A DNA stretch of 64,000 nt from Spirulina sp. (GTDB lineage Bacteria > Cyanobacteriota > Cyanobacteriia > Phormidesmidales > Phormidesmidaceae): contig JBIPSI010000007.1 in NCBI GenBank assembly GCA_044070495.1, forward strand, positions 92,261 through 156,260. Direction: 5' to 3'. Positions 60,577-64,000 of the stretch are shown here, in pieces. The notes below the pieces were generated by a model. The model made no database searches. It was not told the DNA's origin and saw nothing but the letters and a program-made list of their open reading frames with translations. Numbering within the stretch: position 1 is the first letter of the stretch; each line of letters begins with the position of its first letter. The position numbers and the translations under genes are program-made.

Positions 60577-61671
60577 CTAGGACAGGGCTAGGGCTTCAGT
60601 GGCTAGGGTTCTGGCGTTCTCTGGTTCGAGGTCAGGATCAAAGTCCATGGCACCGTTGCCAACCTGGAGCATATCCGTCAGCAGGGCGCTGGGGGGATGG
60701 TGGTGAGGCCAGGCAAAGGCATGGCGGAAGGAGGCTTCTTGGCAGGCCTGGAGGGCATCAAAGCCGATTACATCGTGGGTGAGCAGGTTTTCGTACTCAA
60801 AGGGTAGGCGGACGTTGTGCAGTCCGGCGTTGTCGGTGCAGATGGCGATGTCTACCCCGGCCTCGAAGCAGCGGTCAAACACGGTGCGGAGTTGGTGAAT
60901 GCTCTCCAATGTCCCCGTTTTCAGGTAGGTGGTGGGGCACACCTCTAGGCATTGCCCCCGCGCCGCCAGTTCCGGCAAGAGTTCGGGATGGTGCAGGGGG
61001 ATTTGAATGCCGTGGCCGATGCGCATTAGGTAGGGCAGCAGTTGGGGGTGGCATCCAGCGGAGGTTTCGTAGAGGTGTCCGGTGGTCTTGAGGCCCAACT
61101 GTTGGGCACGTTGATAGAGCTGAATAAACTCCTCCATGCGCTCCACGTACTGGGCATCGCCCCCGGCCACATCCACCGCACAGACGTATTCGGGATACTG
61201 GGCCGCCAGTTCCACAATCGCCCGATTCACCTCCGGAGGCAGGTTGGAGTGCATGCAGAGAATCTGCCGAGTCACGATGGGATATTCCACCTGCTGGCTG
61301 GCGCGGCCCACAATTTCAATCACGTTGGCCATGGCCTCGATGCGCTGGTTTTGGGGCAGATGTTCTGGGGTGCGCAGGTAGGGGGTATAGCGCAGTTCTA
61401 AGTAGGCCAGATTTTCAAAGATGTAGGCTCCCCGAATCAGGCGATAGATGAAGTAGGGCAGGGCTTCCTGGGTTTGCACACTTTCCACCAGGGTGTGCAG
61501 TTCTAGGTATTCCGCCAGGGTGTTGCGGGGCTGGGTATAGAACTGTTCAAAGGCGGCGTAGTCGGCAAACTGGCTGGATAGATCGGGCCGATTGCGCTGA
61601 AAGTAGCGCCAGAGGATACGGGGCACCACGGATCCGCCTAGGTGGCGGTGCAGTTCGGCATAGAGACTCAT
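60577..61671 (-). CDS. add: Adenosine deaminase family protein
   Basis: ELHRHLGGS, TGHLYE, RIGHG, EVCPT, ICTDN. Confidence 0.88.
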   Translation of the reverse strand: MSLYAELHRHLGGSVVPRILWRYFQRNRPDLSSQFADYAAFEQFYTQPRNTLAEYLELHTLVESVQTQEALPYFIYRLIRGAYIFENLAYLELRYTPYLRTPEHLPQNQRIEAMANVIEIVGRASQQVEYPIVTRQILCMHSNLPPEVNRAIVELAAQYPEYVCAVDVAGGDAQYVERMEEFIQLYQRAQQLGLKTTGHLYETSAGCHPQLLPYLMRIGHGIQIPLHHPELLPELAARGQCLEVCPTTYLKTGTLESIHQLRTVFDRCFEAGVDIAICTDNAGLHNVRLPFEYENLLTHDVIGFDALQACQEASFRHAFAWPHHHPPSALLTDMLQVGNGAMDFDPDLEPENARTLATEALALS

Positions 61672-62041
61672 GGGAGGCAATCCTTAATTTAATGGAAAAA
61701 ACAAAATGGTGAAAATCACGGGTAGATAAAACAAAGTCATCAGGTGTGCCAAAACACCCTGACAACGGAAACAGCCATTCAGTGAAGATCGCTTTCGTGA
61801 CGCAAGGCCTAGAACCGGGCTCCGATCAATGCCGCTTAGCCCATGCCGTCCACTGAAATCCCTCAACCAAGGGAATCCTATATAGGACGAAATCAGAATG
61901 CTCTCCATCTACCGAAGCTAGGACATCCCAGACCTCGGTGGGCATCGATCAGCACAACACCTTGTATGTAACGAAAAACGTTAGGAAAATTATGGTTCTA
62001 TCTGTTCTATCGCAAATTTCACAGATTGGCCATATATTCCA

Positions 62042-63169
62042 CTATTCCAACGACAAATCTTTCAACACCTGGGTCTCCAACGATGATTCCAAGCCTGAAA
62101 GATAGGCCACCACGGCCTCGGCAATTTGGCGATTGCCCTCGGTGGATAGGACGCCTTCCTGGCGAGGTGGGTGGAGGGGTTCTGTTAAAAAGGCCCAGTC
62201 CCCTCGGAAAAATTCGTCTGGGATTAAGACCTGATGCCAGCTATGGTCTTGCAGGCCGTTGACCAACACTGGCCCCTCGGCAAAGTCGTCGCGGGTGATG
62301 GTGATAACAGGCACGCCTAGGCGACAGGCTTCGGAGAAGGTGCTAAATCCCGGCTTCGAGACCATGCGGCCACAGAGGGGCATCACATCCACCGGGCGAT
62401 ATCCCTGGCGCGGTACCGGGCGCAGGTTCGGCAGCGGGGGGATCGCCTGGTCGAAGGTGAGAAACTGCCAGTCGGGGAAACGGCAAAGCTGGTCGTAGGG
62501 GATAGCCTGGAGGCCCAGGCCGCCAAAGGTAAGCAAGACGGTTTGTTCTGGGGGCGTTTGGATGTCTAGTTGCTCCCGCAGTTCCGCCACCGAGTAGCGG
62601 GGGTTGCCCCCGGTCAATCCGGCATCCTCAGTCCTTGGGAAGGCCCCCATAGATTCGTGGAAGGGCAGGCGAAAGAGGCGATCACACTGGCTAAAGCAGG
62701 ACTCAATCCAGGCGACGGCGTCGGCAAACTCGTCCCCAAAGGCGCGGTAGATAAAATCCCAGCCAAAGTTACTCATCATCCAGCAGGGCACCCCCGCCGC
62801 GTGGGCCAGGGGCACCGCCAGGGGCGGAATATCCGCCAGCACCAAATCGACCCCTCGCTGCTTTAGGTAGGTGGACTCTTCGGCCACGATGCCCTGTTCT
62901 TGGGCACGAATGTGATCGAGTTTGGCCAGGGTAGCGGGCAAATCCATGGTCAAACTATCCGCCTGAATCACGCCAATATCCAGCGCCACCGGACGATACT
63001 CGTACTCCACGGGCAAATACTCATCCAGCAACCACTTGGGAGCCGTGGTCGCCAGAATCAGGTCAACCTCCGGGGCCAACATCTTTACCGTGGCCGCCAC
63101 CGACGACGCCCGTGTGGCATGGCCGAAGCCGTGGTTAGTAATTGCAACGTAGAGGGTGGGAGCCGCCAT
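62042..63169 (-). CDS. GT-B glycosyltransferase family protein
   Basis: ITNHGFGHATR, LTFGG, SKPGFST. Confidence 0.8.
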   Translation of the reverse strand: MAAPTLYVAITNHGFGHATRASSVAATVKMLAPEVDLILATTAPKWLLDEYLPVEYEYRPVALDIGVIQADSLTMDLPATLAKLDHIRAQEQGIVAEESTYLKQRGVDLVLADIPPLAVPLAHAAGVPCWMMSNFGWDFIYRAFGDEFADAVAWIESCFSQCDRLFRLPFHESMGAFPRTEDAGLTGGNPRYSVAELREQLDIQTPPEQTVLLTFGGLGLQAIPYDQLCRFPDWQFLTFDQAIPPLPNLRPVPRQGYRPVDVMPLCGRMVSKPGFSTFSEACRLGVPVITITRDDFAEGPVLVNGLQDHSWHQVLIPDEFFRGDWAFLTEPLHPPRQEGVLSTEGNRQIAEAVVAYLSGLESSLETQVLKDLSLE

Positions 63170-63284
63170 GGGGAATCTCGCTAAAACACGGGATAGGGTG
63201 GAGACGAAACTGCGTCATGGCTCTATGGCTTGCCCCCTGGTGTCCATGGAGGTTTGGCGAGGTCATGACGCTGGATGATTCGGA

Positions 63285-64000
63285 TTATTCAGGGTCGATC
63301 TGAACCTGAACAAGACCAGCCTCGGTGATGGGCTGCTGCCAAATGCCAGTACTCGGGGCCAGGGAGATCAGGTCTTCGATATTTTGGCGCATGGTTTGGC
63401 AGATGGCATCGAGGGGCAGATCGTTGGGATCATTGCCAAAGGGATTTTCGATTTCAATGCCAATGGCCTCAATGCCAAACACCGCAAAGCTAATTAGCCC
63501 CACCAAAAAGGGGGTGCCCCAACCGACGGAATCCACCATTTGAAAGGGCAGGGCCAAGCAATACAACATCAGCAGTTGTTTCAGATGGATGGAATAGGCT
63601 AGGGGGATCGGGGTTTTGAGAATACGCTCACAGCCGCCCAGGGTATCGACCAGACCATCGAGGGCCTTGAGGCAGGCCGCGAGTTGGTAGGGATGGAGCT
63701 TGTGCTGAGCCTGTTGAGTCTGGAGATAATCGGCAATCCAAAAGGCAATTTCCAGGGGCGGATTGTTCATGGTCTGGAGTTTTGCGAACTGTTTATCGGA
63801 GATCAGTCCGGTTAATTCAGAATTGGGATGTTCGCCGCGCAGATGCAGTTTTAGGGCAATGGCAAAGGCAGGCAAGAGGCGAATGGCGGTGATCTTAGCC
63901 TCGTGGTCGGCGGGGTATTTTTCTTGAATGGCCACCCACATTTGGCGAGCTAGGTTGCGGGTGAGGTTCACCACATTGCCCCACAGCTTGCGCCCCTCCC
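63285..64000 (-). CDS. Bestrophin-family channel (5' end outside the window)
   Basis: EGRKLWG...RNL, CERILKTPIP, IEIENPFGNDPNDLP. Confidence 0.92.
   Translation of the reverse strand, partial: EGRKLWGNVVNLTRNLARQMWVAIQEKYPADHEAKITAIRLLPAFAIALKLHLRGEHPNSELTGLISDKQFAKLQTMNNPPLEIAFWIADYLQTQQAQHKLHPYQLAACLKALDGLVDTLGGCERILKTPIPLAYSIHLKQLLMLYCLALPFQMVDSVGWGTPFLVGLISFAVFGIEAIGIEIENPFGNDPNDLPLDAICQTMRQNIEDLISLAPSTGIWQQPITEAGLVQVQIDPE

Overview
64-kb chromosomal window of a GC-rich cyanobacterium (inferred to be filamentous and Leptolyngbya/Nodosilinea-like from gene content and repeat types). Housekeeping genes include ychF, rsmE, dnaX, rnhA, gshA, trmL, tRNA-Met, pgl, hypA/hypB/hypE, lptA/lptB/lptF-G-like, cinA, era, pgsA, tldD and adenosine deaminase. 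The window also holds the 5' ~5.8 kb of a giant DUF4347/cadherin/PKD surface protein and a low-GC cobalt nitrile-hydratase island (cobW, DUF1097, nthB, nthA, accessory, hupE/ureJ) with a candidate NtcA promoter and an IS5 remnant at its edge. Intergenic spaces carry at least six families of MITE-like elements with verifiable target-site duplications, most of them carrying REP-like hairpin cargo. The most unusual observation is in the 178-aa DnaX mini-intein: its apparently random linker encodes, in an overlapping frame, a 57-aa ORF with a CACGCG...RRFVRGH motif. This is probably the relic of a homing endonuclease gene encoded out of frame inside the intein. Other points: a 23-nt SDR-like element frameshifts a membrane-protein gene, HIP1/CGATCG was not found by eye while CCCTAGGG looks enriched, and a 43-aa small protein is missed by the ORF track. 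All family assignments come from motif recognition, not database searches.
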